Shown here one piece after another: positions 44,850 through 57,129 of a DNA stretch of 64,000 nucleotides (positions within the stretch are counted from its first letter, which is position 1; each line of letters opens with the position of its first letter). Made by a program: the position numbers and the translations under genes. The stretch lies in assembly GCA_000004985.1 (NCBI GenBank), contig GG738901.1; one strand, written 5' to 3'. The notes below the pieces were generated by a model, which saw nothing but the letters and a program-made list of their open reading frames with translations, was not told where the DNA came from and made no database searches. This DNA is from Naegleria gruberi (taxonomy: Eukaryota).

Positions 44850-47039
44850 TTACTTCTTTTTCTTTTTCTTTGATTTGTTGTTGGTTATAATTGAGCTACC
44901 AGAAGAGGAGCTTGGTTTTAAGGTTTGTGAAACTTGTTGATTGGTTTTTGCAACCTCATGTTTGGCTTGATCCATTTCCTTGTCGTATTTTTCTAAGAGT
45001 TTTTGGAATCGTTCTTCTTTTTCATCTTTTGAAAGTCCTTTGAGTGAGGAAATATTCTTGTAGGCGTGAGAAACTTCTTGATAGAGTTTAGATTCATTTC
45101 CGAGAGCCTTTTCAACTCTTTGTAAGCTTGCTTCCAATAATGACATGGCTTCATCGATATTTCCACTATGATTGAAAAGATTTGCCAATTCTGTTGAGGC
45201 AAATTCTCTTTCGAATAGATATTCATTTCCATATTGTTGTTCGAAAAGTCTCATTGCATTTTGGAGATGCTGAATACCTGAGTCTACTGAACCTGTCAAG
45301 TGAATTTCTCTGCTGGAAAGGTACAATTCATTGATAGTTGTTGGATTTGGTGGGAAACTGTTGAGTGTTGTTTGTCTGAACATTCTGGTATCTTCTCCCA
45401 TAATTTCTTCAACTTCAACTGAACCCTTTGTTAAAGGAATATTTATCAAATACTTGCTTGGACTCATTTCTATAACTTCACGAATGAGTTCAAACAAATT
45501 ATTGGCCTTTTCCCTCCATTCATCCAATTTCTTTTGATTTTCCTCAGAGAGTTCAATTTGAATATTGTCCAATTCTTGTTGTTCTTGTTTGATATTTTCA
45601 GTTCCCATTTGTCCAACTTTATCATTCATGGCTTGTTCTTGCAAACATGAGCAAAGTAAATCATAATTACTTGCCAAACTGTAGGCAGCCAAGATCCAAA
45701 CTGGATTGTCTCTACCATAATGCTTATCTACAATATTCATACCAGCTGAGATGTACTTTTCTGCATCAATGTATGGTTGAATATCGTCTGGTGGAAGGTT
45801 TTTAGCAGCATTGGAGTGAATTTCACCAATAGTAATCAGAGCCTTGGCCAATTTCACTTCATATTCTGGATTTTTCTTGTTAAGCTTGTCTGGAATGGCA
45901 TTCAGCAAGACACAAGCTCTTTTAGCATACGATAAACCTTGTTCATACTTTTCGGCCAAATTACAGAGAGAGGATAGAGGTGATAAAACTTCTCCGACTT
46001 GAATTGAATTTTTGCCGTAGAATGAAATGGCTTTAGTGAGAGCCTTTTCATATTGCAAGATAGCTAATTTGATTCTTCTTTCAGATTCAAATAATTGTGC
46101 AACTCTCTTAATTATTTCAAAGATTGAATCCTTTTGTTTTCTAATCTCTGCCTTTGTATCTGATTTGTAGCTTGTGAGTGTGAGCTTGGCTAGAACATTT
46201 TCCTCCTTCTTCAACTTGTCATATAAAAATCTTTCTGCCATTTCATATCTTCTCCATTCAGGAAATTGAGAAGCCAATGAGGTTAAAGTTAATTGACTAC
46301 TCAATTCTGTTCCATTTGTATAGAGTTTGAATAGGGAATTTTTCATTTCTGAATTACTGAAAACTCCATAAAAGAAATCAATATAGAATGAAACATAATT
46401 AATAGAATAAATACAATCCTTCACAAGAGGGAATCGATCATCATGAGCTTCAACCAAATTATAGGCCATAAAGTACATGTTATGAACCTCTTTCAATGCT
46501 TCAATCATATTATTATTATAAAAATGTATCAGTGCCAACTTTTCCCTCAATTTAAACATGCTAATATGATTTTCTCCTAAAAAGTCAACAGTAACATCAA
46601 TACAATATTGCAATTCCACCTTGGCTTGTTCAATTTCCTTCAAATCCATCAATAAATCAATCAATCTATAATAATAATTCAAAATAACTGCAATACCTCT
46701 ACGATTACCAAAGGCTTCTTTAATTTGTGCTCTCAAAATTTCAACTTCATCCCTTTCTTTAGCATTGTTACTTGATGTAAATTCCATACTACTATTAGAA
46801 ATAAACTTGTTCAACAACATTTCCATATTATTTTCAATATTATTATTTCCATCATTCAATAATGAAAGACTTTGATGATATTCCGAACAAGTTTGCAATC
46901 TTCCGAATCCATATTCTTGATGATTTAAAATTAGGATACTCTGTCCTGCTCTGAGTATGGTTCCTTTAATATTGTTGTGGTGGCAGGAAATATGTGCACG
47001 TTGACAATGGGAAAATGTGTGTTGAATGAAATTCTTCAT
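44850..47039 (-). CDS. TPR-repeat protein (kinesin-light-chain-type TPRs), Lys-rich C-terminus
   Basis: Multiple 34-aa helical repeats with the W/L-G-Y-A-F-P pattern (for example AKRACVLLNAIPDKLNKKNPEYEVKLAKALITIGEIH). The tail is KKKKKK. Confidence 0.6.
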   Translation of the reverse strand: MKNFIQHTFSHCQRAHISCHHNNIKGTILRAGQSILILNHQEYGFGRLQTCSEYHQSLSLLNDGNNNIENNMEMLLNKFISNSSMEFTSSNNAKERDEVEILRAQIKEAFGNRRGIAVILNYYYRLIDLLMDLKEIEQAKVELQYCIDVTVDFLGENHISMFKLREKLALIHFYNNNMIEALKEVHNMYFMAYNLVEAHDDRFPLVKDCIYSINYVSFYIDFFYGVFSNSEMKNSLFKLYTNGTELSSQLTLTSLASQFPEWRRYEMAERFLYDKLKKEENVLAKLTLTSYKSDTKAEIRKQKDSIFEIIKRVAQLFESERRIKLAILQYEKALTKAISFYGKNSIQVGEVLSPLSSLCNLAEKYEQGLSYAKRACVLLNAIPDKLNKKNPEYEVKLAKALITIGEIHSNAAKNLPPDDIQPYIDAEKYISAGMNIVDKHYGRDNPVWILAAYSLASNYDLLCSCLQEQAMNDKVGQMGTENIKQEQQELDNIQIELSEENQKKLDEWREKANNLFELIREVIEMSPSKYLINIPLTKGSVEVEEIMGEDTRMFRQTTLNSFPPNPTTINELYLSSREIHLTGSVDSGIQHLQNAMRLFEQQYGNEYLFEREFASTELANLFNHSGNIDEAMSLLEASLQRVEKALGNESKLYQEVSHAYKNISSLKGLSKDEKEERFQKLLEKYDKEMDQAKHEVAKTNQQVSQTLKPSSSSGSSIITNNKSKKKKKK

Positions 47040-47149
47040 TTTTTATGTTCAATCAATTTTTTCCATAGTTGAACATAAACTTTTATTGAATGAATATTAC
47101 AGAATCTTTCATACATTCAAAACAATTGTTCAATAATAAACAGGTCCTT

Positions 47150-48587
47150 TTACTGAGGAGTATGCTTTTGAATGAAATCATTAATGTGTTGACATACTTT
47201 GTCAATACGATTGGCAAAGAATAATTGACCACAATCTCCATAAGTAACGAGCTTACTATTTGGAAGGTGTTGGAATGCGTAGATGATTTGATCCTCATAA
47301 TCTACAGTCTTGTCGAAAATACTGGCCTGGATGAGAGTTGGAGTTTTGATGGATTGTAAATAGTCCTTCTTACTCTTTGAAAATTGCAAAAAGAGAAGCA
47401 AATCAGTAATGTATCCAATATTCTTATTGTGAATTGTGGCAATGTTGTACTCGAGTCCTTCTCTTAATTGATACTTTTCAAATGTGATTTTAGTCTTCTC
47501 GAGGCATTTCATGTCCAACATTTCTGGTTCAGTGTTGACAACGGAGAACTTTAGAATTAGATCAGGGAAGAACTTTACCAATCTTACAACCATATAGCTC
47601 ATCAACTTTAAAATTGGCTTTTGACTTCTGAACATTACAGATGGATCCATAGCAAAAGCACCAAATCCAATACTGGCATTAAATGGCTTTGGCTCCTCTA
47701 CATCCATACCCAAAAATTTACTCTTCAAATTTGAATCATCGCTTTGGTCCCCAATCTTGGATACTATAATCTCCTCATTAGTTTCCTGTTTTTCATTCAT
47801 TAAATTCACAAGATTTGAAATTTTCTTTGGTGATTCTCCTCTTCCAATCATTAAATTTCTCGTAACAGGTGCAATTAATTGCAGAGATTTCACTCTGCTT
47901 GGGTACTTTTTAGCAATGTGCATTCCAAATGGTCCACCTCCAGAAACTGAAATAATATTAAATTTTGAATTACTTCCAAAGAGATGATTCATTAAATCAA
48001 TCATCATTTCACCATTTCTCTCAATCAAAAAGTTCAATAAAGGTGGTGAAGATGAATTTCTTTCTTTCAATGATTCCAATTCATAAATATTTAACATGTG
48101 TGTAACATTGGTAATATCAAAAGCATTAATCAATGGAGAAAACTTTTCTTCGACAGGAAAATAAAATCTCATTGCACGAACTTCATCCTTATTGATTCTG
48201 GAATAGTTTGTCAAACCATATCCAATTCTAGAAGGTGAAACAACAATCCAATCCTTTGGACATGATTTCATAAAATTAGCTCCTTCTTCATAGCCTCCTG
48301 GTGTTCCATGTCTATGATTTAATTCAATATATGGCAATCCACCAATTTAAAACCTACATGTATAAGAACAATTCTCTCGATTCCGACTTGGATTTTCCCT
48401 CATAATTTAAAGTATGAAATTGAATAGGTCCATTCCTCGTCTCGAATAATTTTGTTTCATTCTTCTCCTTGATTGCATATATTCCCGATGATTCCGACAT
48501 TAAAATACTAAAATCCATTGTGATGATGCCCACCACAGCAACAATCATCACAATAAAGTAAAAACAACACTTTTCTGATAGACACAT
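47150..48587 (-). CDS. Alpha/beta-hydrolase (proline-iminopeptidase/S33-like) with N-terminal TM anchor, 2 exons
   Basis: Exon 1 (48587..48346) has the TM helix FYFIVMIVAVVGIITM. The donor is at|GTAGGT, the intron is about 46 nt, and the acceptor is CATAG. The spliced junction reads ...LFLYIHGTPGGYEEG, where HGxPG is the oxyanion-hole motif. I see a GYGLT turn, the nucleophile ISVSGGGPFG, and an acid/His pair near the C-terminus (D...CQH). Confidence 0.6.
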
Positions 48588-48844
48588 TTTTTTGTAAGTT
48601 TACATTTAATCATTATCAATTTGTTCTTCTTTTAAACATTTCATTAAATTAGTTTTCAATTAATAATCTTAATTCAATACTTACATTGAATTAAATATTC
48701 TCCTATTTATTTCTCGTTTACAAAATTACTTCTCTCAACATCCCGACTAACACTATCGAAGGCTTGCATTTTTCATCTCGCAATTTTATGAAGAGTTTTT
48801 AATGCCGAACGGAAAATATTTTCATCAAATAACAAACGGAAAAA

Positions 48845-50483
48845 ATGAAATCAACTCAAAGCTCGTCTTCAGCAAGACGTATGTCTGTGCTCCAACAACA
48901 CTTGTTTCCTTCATCATTGAATAGTAGTAATGGAGAACATCAATTTGGATCATCTTTGAAGGAGGAAACTCTTTTAAATGAATCATTTGTTGGATTTAAT
49001 GAAACTTCATCAGTGTCCGATAGTCAAAAAAAGAGAAAAGCAGTTATTGTATGTGGTGCCCGTACACCTTTTGTTAAAGCTTTTGGAGATTTAATGGAGG
49101 TAGGTTGATAGTGATGAGGATTTTTAATGAAGATTTGATACAATTTTAAAGGTTGATTCTATTGGATTGGGAGTTTCTGCTGTTGAAGGACTTTTAAAGA
49201 AGACAAAATTGGATCCAAACCTTATTGATGAAATTATTTGGGGAAATGTTGTATTAAATACTAAAGCACCAAATGTTGCTAGAGAAATTGTCATTGATTT
49301 AAATTTACCAAAGAAAATTACTGGTGTGACTGTCAGTAGAGCTTGTTTGTCTGGTCTTGAAGCAATTTTACAAGGAATTAGATTGATTGAACATGGTGCT
49401 GCTGATGTAGTTGTAGCTGGTGGCAGTGACTCTATGTCTAATGGTGAAATGGCCTTACCGAGGTTTGTATTTATTTGATGAACTATGAATTTATTTTCAA
49501 TTAATTTACTGTTAGAAATTTGACATTAGCTCTCGGAAAATACAGTTATGGAAAGGATAAAGGATCTATGAAGGGATTAATTCAATTCTTTAAAGATGCA
49601 GGATCACCATTATCTTGGATTCCAACTGCTCCTGCAATTGCCGAAAGATCAACTGGAAAGGTATGTTAATAATTATTTCAATATGTTGTTGACATTTAAA
49701 TTATAGACTATGGGTTATCATGCTGATTTAATGGCCGATTTGAATAAGATTACAAGAAATGTACAAGATGAATTTGCCACTGCATCTCATAAGAATGCTG
49801 CCAAGGCAAGACGTGAAGGTAAATTTGAGGAAGAAATTTCTCCAGTCCGTTTGAAGAATGGTAAAATTGTAAATAGAGATAACCTTATTCGTGAAGATAG
49901 TGATGTTTCAAAGATGGGTAAATTGAAACCTGTATTCAGAAAGACTGGTACTGTCACTGCTGCCTCATCATCCCCTCTTACTGATGGTGCTAGTTGTGTA
50001 TTAGTTATGAGTGAAGAGAAAGCCAAAGAATTGGGTTATCCAACAGATATCAGAATTTCATCATATGCTACAACTGCCGTTGATCCATATCCACAACTTC
50101 TTCTTGCTCCAGTTTTAGCCTTCCCAAAGGTTTTGGATGGTGCAGGTGTTACACTGGATCAAGTTGATTTGTTTGAAATTCACGAAGCTTTTGCTGCTCA
50201 AGTCTTGTCAACCACTGCATGTCTTGCTAGTGATGAATTCTGTCAAAAGAGACTTGGTAAGAGTAAGGCTCTTGGTGTTATTCCACCTGAAAAATTGAAC
50301 GTAAATGGATCTTCAATTTCTCTTGGCCATCCTTTCAGTGCAACTGGTGGTCGTATTTTGACATCAGCAATGAATGAATTGAGGAGAAGTAATAAGAGAT
50401 ATGCAATTCTTTCCGTCTGTGCAGCTGGTGGTCTTGGTGGTGTTGCCCTTGTTGAAAGAGTGCCTCCATCTGAACAAAAATAA
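48845..50483 (+). CDS. 3-ketoacyl-CoA thiolase, mitochondrial trifunctional-protein beta-subunit (HADHB)-like, 4 exons
   Basis: Exons are 48845-49099, 49152-49462, 49516-49660 and 49707-50483, with donors GTAGGT, GTTTGT and GTATGT and acceptors AAAG, GTTAG and TATAG. The protein reads AVIVCGARTPFVKAFGDLMEV|DSIGLGVSAVEGLL...VSRACLSGLEAILQG...VVAGGSDSMS... It has the HADHB-type insert (GKDKGSMKGLIQFFKDAG...) and the C-terminal CAAGGLGGVALVER thiolase motif. Confidence 0.85.
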
Positions 50484-50695
50484 TCATTCCTGTAGTATAT
50501 CATTAAATTATTCATAATTTCATTTGTAAATTTGAAAATGTGTTTCATATTTTAAATACGTGCTGGTAATGGTTTATCGTTTTATGGGATGTTCTTGGTA
50601 CTCTTAACAAATCTTTTTCATAGAAGAAGTCGTACACGTCATCTGATTAACCTCACACACCTGAGCATTGTTTCACACCAAAAGTTTGTAAAAAA

Positions 50696-51517
50696 ATGCC
50701 ACCACAAAAGAGGGTTAAAGATCCAAAAGAAAAGGAGAAGAAGAAATATGAAAGACTCCAAGAACAAGTCACAGCACCACAAGATAGTGCTTTCAGATTC
50801 GCTGTTTTGTTCGGTTGTGCTTTAGTTGCTTTCATTGTTTTACTAGGTATGTGTGTAATAGTGTAAAATGATTTGATTGATCATCATCAATAATAATTTA
50901 TAGGCTTGGTATTCACATTCAGCGGTGAACGTAAATATAAGAAGACTGAAGAAGGTCTTCCATATCCAGCTAACGTTGAAGTTACCGATAAAGTTTTCTT
51001 TGATATTGCTGTTGGTAAGCCATCAAAGAGAAATCCACCTATTCGTATCGTTCTTGGATTGTTCGGTAATGAACAACCAAAGACTGTTGAAAACTTCCGT
51101 TCATTAGTTACTCATGAAAGACAAATTGGATACAGAGGTTCACTCTTGCACAGAATTGTTCGTGGATTTGTTCTTCAAGGTGGTGATATCACTAAAGGTG
51201 ATGGTACTGGTGGTGTTTCAATTTATGGACAAAGCTTTGATGATGAAAATTTGAGTATTGAAACCTTCAAGGGTTGTCTTGCTATGGCCAACAAGGGTCC
51301 AAACTCTAACAATTCTCAATTCTTTATTACTATGGCTTCTACTCCTCATCTTGATGGTAAGCACACTGTTTTCGGACGTGTTTTGAGAGGATGGGAATTT
51401 TTACAAAGATTGGAACTTATTAGAGTCAATGAACAATACAAACCAGCTGTTGATATCATGATTGTCAACAGTGGTATCTATAAGGAAGAAGAACAAGCTC
51501 CTCAACCACAAGAATAA
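50696..51517 (+). CDS. Cyclophilin-type peptidyl-prolyl isomerase with N-terminal membrane anchor, 2 exons
   Basis: Exon 1 (50696-50846) codes MPPQKRVKDPKEKEKKKYERLQ...FAVLFGCALVAFIVLL, a TM segment. The donor is GTATGT and the acceptor TTATAG ends at 50903. Exon 2 codes GLVFTFSGERK...FHRIVRGFVLQGGDITKGDGTGGVSIYGQSFDDENL...HTVFGRVL, the cyclophilin core. Confidence 0.85.
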
Positions 51518-51742
51518 ATTTTGTACTATTAAATATTTTGTAAATTATATTGGTGTAGATTATATTTAGTAGGAGGAGCATCAAAAGAGCTTGATAGATG
51601 TTTTAAGAAAGCAACATTGAACTTGAGGCAACCTTAGAAATAACTGTAATCGTAAATATTAATATTAAAATTCGTACCAATGAGAAGAGCTCCTTTATGA
51701 TGAACCTTTAGGTTTGCTGAAGTATTTAAAAACCCTTAAAAA

Positions 51743-54700
51743 ATGTCAGAAAATAAGGTCAAGATAACCTATGAAAATTCTTATATGGGAGACATCAAGT
51801 TGGCCCATATGTACGTTGATAATCTATCCGGAAAATACATGTACATTAAATTCAACTTTACTCTCAATAACATGTTCCATACAACCATTGAGGGAGAAAA
51901 GTCTGGAAAAACAAAGGAATTTTCTGTACTGTTGTATCCAACAGATCAACATGTCTATCTAACCAGCTTCCCAGTCCTTGATAGATATAAGAGTTGGAAA
52001 TACAATTATACTTATGCTTGTTCGATTGCTGATAAACCAACTGAATCAAGAGAAATTTATGATGGTGTCTTCTTTGAAACATTCCATATGGGATTCGGAA
52101 GTTTGGTTGTTGCATTGAAAAACAACAATGTTTTGCAAAATTTAAACGGAGAAAAACATATTCAGGTTAAGATTAATTATACAACTCTCCAAAACTTGAC
52201 ACCAACAAAGACTTATGAAGATTTTGTTGATTTGTATGACCTTAGAGTTTTAAACGAATTGACAATAGATAATAAGAATGAAAAAACAACTTACAAGTAC
52301 AAATACTTTATCAAAAAACCTGAAAAGACCCTAACTTTGGAAGAAATAAGCTCAAGTTTATTAACTCACTACTCTCCTAACTTTTCTCTCTTCTCCTCTC
52401 TTTTGGTTGAAAGAAGAGAACTCATTCCTGGAGTATTTGGAACATTGGAATTGACTAAGAGTGGTAGTGCAGTGCTTAGTTTTGAAAATAACAACAAGAC
52501 AGCTGTCATTATTACAGATGTGGTAGTAAAGGGAGGTGAGATTTCATACGTGGATGCAAACCTCAGCGGGAGAGATCCAAATAGTCCCCAATTAATTGTT
52601 TTCCCAAATGAAACTTGCAAAGAGTTCTTAAATATCAAACATCCAAAGGGAGTGTTCGACATTTCGTATGAATGTAAGGTTTCTGAAGGAAAACTTGTTG
52701 AAGAGAATGAAGTCAAACCGTCTCTCTTTGTCTATGCTTACTTCTTCAAGACCTTTAATAGCTTATTATTGGCTGTCAAGAATAATTGCGAGAAGGCTCA
52801 TATGTGTTATTTGTTTATGAAACAAATGCAAAATTGTACAATGGATACTGATTATTCAGATCAAAACAAAATGATGGTCAAACCTTATCAAACAAAATTG
52901 TATTCTAGTATTTTCTTGACCGATGTAACAAAACCATTCGTTTACTCATATGCCTATCAAGTCAGTAGAGTTGCAGATGAAAATGATCCAAATCAAGGCA
53001 ATAAGCAAACAATTTTGGCTAGTTCAGATTCAAATGATGTAAAATCCCCTGAACTTCAGGCACAAGCTAATATTGAAAGAGAATTGGAATTAAGTGCAAC
53101 CTTGACGGGTATTGAATATATGTCTGTTGTCAGTGACCTTGTAAAGACTAAAATTGAATCAGGTGAAGTGTTTGTTGATCCTGACTTCCCTGCAGAGACA
53201 GATGTATCTGTTTATGAATCAAGCTTCTCTGGAAAGAGAATTGAAGATATCAAATGGTCCAGAGCTTCTGAAATTCTTGGGCATAATTACGAAATTTTCT
53301 GTGATGGTATTTCTGCAGATGACATAAAACAAGGTTGTTTGGGTGACTGCTGGATGCTGTCTGCAGTTGCTGCTATTGCTGCACAACCATACTTAATTGA
53401 AAGATTATTTTCCACTCGTTCAGTTAACAAGGCTGGTATTTATGAATTGAATATTTGCACTGGAGGTGAATGGACAAGAGTAGTCGTTGATGATTTATTC
53501 CCTACAGATCAGTATAATAATTCTCTATTTGCTCACAATCATTCTGCCGAATTGTGGGTCATGTTGTTAGAAAAGGGTAAGTAATAGAACAAACATAATT
53601 GTGTAAACCTTATTAGCTTATGCCAAGGTTTGTGGATCTTATTCAAAGCTCATTTCTGGATTTGCTGAAGATGCATTCGAAGATTTTACTGGATATCCAA
53701 CATTCTCAATTAGAATTAATACTAGGGAAAGCTCATTTAATGCTCAAAACACTTGGAATGAGTTATGTAATTTGTTGCAGAAAAATTACTTCTTCTGCTG
53801 TTCCACATCTGCAAATCCAGCTTTGGAAAAGGTTGGACTTGTATCTTCTCACTTTTATTCTCTGTTAGGTTGTAAAGAGGCTATGGGAGTTAAACTAGTC
53901 AAATTGAGAAATCCATGGTCAAAGACTGAATGGACAGGAGACTGGTGTGACGATGATACTAGATGGACATTACAAGCAAAGAAGGCATTCAATCATATGG
54001 AATGTACAGATGATGGTGTTTTCTACATGCCATATTCTGAATTTGTCAACTACTTTGTGAGTGTTACTGTTTGCAAGTACAATCAAGAATTTTCAAGAAA
54101 TCAAGTTAAGGTTCATTGTAGTCCAAACACTGGTAATTTGGAAGATAAGTCAACTTATCCAGTTGCTGAGATTGAACTAGCTGAAGATCAAAACGAATGC
54201 TATTTTGGTATCCATCAAAAAGATCAACGTTACAAGGACGCCCCAAAAACTGCAGCTGGAATGGCATTTGTTGTTTTGGAGAAGACCACTGGTAATATTG
54301 TTGGTGGCTCGCCTTTCTCTTCATCCAGATCCTCATATACAAAGGGAATGTCTCTCAAGGCAGGAAACTACTTGCTTGTACCTGTTGTACATTCTAAGGA
54401 CAGCGCATTCACATCATTTGTGATCAGTTCCCATACTACAGGTAAGAGAACTGCTTTGAGATTGATGGAAGCTGGCTTCGTATCAATTGGTGATAAGCAA
54501 AAAACCTTATTGGAAGTATATGGAATGGCTGTTCAAAAACTTGGTAACACTCGTGAAACACCACTTAGAGAAGCTAAAAAGAGGGCCACTTTAACTTCTT
54601 ATACTTGGGGAACCTCAATTGCGTATGGTACAGATCACAATAAGAATGTTACTGTTGAACTCTCGGTAACAAGAAACAATATTGTCGATGCTGTTTTTGT

Positions 54701-54818
54701 TCCAAAATTTGATTTGACAGTTACTTCTCCTTTGAAAGTTGTTTGGATTGGTTATTGCCAAGCTCCACGGGATGGATTTTCTTATTCATCAAGTTTCTCC
54801 TTCTCATACTTGTACTAA
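51743..54818 (+). CDS. Calpain-family cysteine protease with a ~440-aa N-terminal extension, 2 exons
   Basis: Exon 1 ends ...CDGISADDIKQGCLGDCWMLSAVAAIAAQPYLIERLF...LLEKG with a GTAAGT donor at about 53578. The acceptor is CTTATTAG at about 53617. Exon 2 codes YAKVCGSYSKLISGFAEDAFEDFTG... This is the calpain QG.LGDCW catalytic-Cys motif, with EKAYAK.xGSY split across the intron. Downstream I see His/Asn (GLVSSHFYS...LRNPW) and a beta-sandwich-like C-terminal region. Confidence 0.85.
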
Positions 54819-54828
54819 ATTCACAGCT

Positions 54829-56604
54829 TTATTGCTTTAATAAATATTTTTGTAAAAAGGAAATAACTCTTTCCTCAAATTCATCCTTTAAATGTCTGTG
54901 AATACAAGAATGAGGAGCATCTTCTACAATCCAGTACTCAATTGGTCCACTAGCTAAAGAAGAGAGGATTTGACTATGCTTGAAATCAACAACCTTATCT
55001 GTTTTGGAGTGCATCAATAGTAATGGTTTACTCATTTCCCTCATTGCATCAGATGCATGGTATGGATTAACAGAGAAGTCGCACATTCTCCAATTAACCA
55101 ATACTGACACACCACGAATTAACAATTCAGGAATGAATTTACCGTAACTTTCAATGATACCAGCAAACAAACTTGGTAACTGATGGGACCATCCATTCTT
55201 ATAAAGAGCTGACTCTAATACATCCTTAATTTGAAGAGTTCTTTCAGCAAATGGATTTTCAGCAATAATTGCCTTAATTCTTGGATCTTGAGAAGCGGCA
55301 ACAATTGAAGAAGCGGCACCAGTTGAGCTTCCAAATGCAACAACTTCTACATCTGGAACTATTCCTTCAAGATAATCAATTGCTCCCATTACACCCATCC
55401 ATTCACGGTATCCCAATGAACACCCTTCATCGCCATCACTAACTCCATGATTCAACATATCAAATAATAATACATGAACTCCTAATTTGTGAATGTAAGG
55501 TAAATGCTCTAAAACGTCTCTTCTGTCATAAAAGGCCCCATGAACAATGACGACAGCCTTTTTGGAATTCTTATCATTGGCCTCTACATACCATCCTCTC
55601 AACATCTTATTCTTCTCATATAGAGATGAGAATGAAATATTCTTATATTCCAAACCAAAATCAATGAGAGGATCATTCTTATGTGGTAACGCTTCAATAT
55701 AATCAACCAACCTGTCACGATGATTACCCTTCATATATGAAACATGATCCATAGTAGCAAATGGTGGATGAATATCGTGGTCAACAGGGGTTTCCTTCTT
55801 TTCTTCATTATTCTTCAGTAAATTGAATCTTGAAACATCAATCTTCAATCCTGCCTTTCTATTAAAACTTTCTCCATTATCATCAGTATTACTTGTAATG
55901 GTATTATCAGGGAAAGTTACCAAAGTCTCTGGAATGTTTGCTGTATGAACCAATTTTCTATACAAAGTTGCATCTTCGTGAAGTAAATGGTGTTTAGCAG
56001 AAACAGAGACATAGGCAGCAGGGTGCATGAATAAATTAGGTAAAACAAATGTAACAATGGCTGCAAATGTGATAAATCCAAGAATATTCAGAGCTGCACA
56101 TGTTACTATAAATTTGATAATCATTGATGTCTTTCTTGTAACTGGCTTCTTTACAATAATTCTTGATTTCTTTGAGAGTAATTGGTTGAGTATTCTTTTT
56201 GCCTTTGCTCTCTTATTTTCCTTCTCAACAATTGGAGTTAGGTCAGCTAAGGATGATGGTGAGTTAATGGAAATAGAGGAAACTCTATTTCTAGTAAGGT
56301 TATTAGTATCCAAAGTAATTGGAATCTTGTTCAAATTCACTCTAGCATGCATATCTCTTTCATGAATTGAATTAGTATCCAATGATTTTTTTGGTTGAAC
56401 AACGTTGACTGATTTTGTAAAGTATTGATTCAAATCTTCATGACTCCAACAAGAAGAAATTGTTGAAGAAGGTTTCAAAGTAGAACCAGCACCGCCTCCA
56501 ACAGTATCAAGACTCGCCATAGACGAGGCAATAGGAGTGGAAATAATAAATAGCTCGGAAGACATATTTACAAAAGGTAATTTTACAAATCTAGCGTTTA
56601 GCAA
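54829..56604 (-). CDS. Alpha/beta-hydrolase fold protein, membrane-anchored
   Basis: Has an internal TM helix (TCAALNILGFITFAAIVTFVLP). The hydrolase core is VVIVHGAFYDRRD...VVAFGSSTGAASS (GxSxG nucleophile elbow)...D...H. Its stop is 10 nt from the stop of the convergent calpain gene. Confidence 0.6.
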   Translation of the reverse strand: MLNARFVKLPFVNMSSELFIISTPIASSMASLDTVGGGAGSTLKPSSTISSCWSHEDLNQYFTKSVNVVQPKKSLDTNSIHERDMHARVNLNKIPITLDTNNLTRNRVSSISINSPSSLADLTPIVEKENKRAKAKRILNQLLSKKSRIIVKKPVTRKTSMIIKFIVTCAALNILGFITFAAIVTFVLPNLFMHPAAYVSVSAKHHLLHEDATLYRKLVHTANIPETLVTFPDNTITSNTDDNGESFNRKAGLKIDVSRFNLLKNNEEKKETPVDHDIHPPFATMDHVSYMKGNHRDRLVDYIEALPHKNDPLIDFGLEYKNISFSSLYEKNKMLRGWYVEANDKNSKKAVVIVHGAFYDRRDVLEHLPYIHKLGVHVLLFDMLNHGVSDGDEGCSLGYREWMGVMGAIDYLEGIVPDVEVVAFGSSTGAASSIVAASQDPRIKAIIAENPFAERTLQIKDVLESALYKNGWSHQLPSLFAGIIESYGKFIPELLIRGVSVLVNWRMCDFSVNPYHASDAMREMSKPLLLMHSKTDKVVDFKHSQILSSLASGPIEYWIVEDAPHSCIHRHLKDEFEERVISFLQKYLLKQ

Positions 56605-57129
56605 TATATTTACAAGTTAAAGTTTTTGGATAAACCACAATCTATTATTAATACAAAGATGACGAAAATTGTTAAAGCCCCTACAAATCTCCTCTATCTA
56701 ATAATATACAATTTTTAAATGATAACACACAATATCGATTTGCCCGTTTGTGTCTTAACGTCTTTTTTTTTTAATGTTTTGTTCTTGTGGCCCTTCATTA
56801 AGAAAAATCTCCCGCCAACAACGATCGTTTTTATGTACCATTAGCAACAGAAATAGAATTTACAACAGATTCTCAACTTGAAAGTGTTGAGGAATTGCCA
56901 AAATCACACACAGAGATTGTTAGATAGGAGAACAGAATGATGCAAAAGGAAAGAATAGCGAAAATGGTTAGCATCAACCATTGATGTTGTAAAATGCTAA
57001 GTGAATGTATCATAGTAAGAGAGATTTGCTTCCCAAAGAGTGATATCTTTTATTTGATATATTCACATTCATCAGAAACAGTTCACAAACCCAATAGTTA
57101 GAGAAGAGATTATTGTAATCTTCTTTGTA

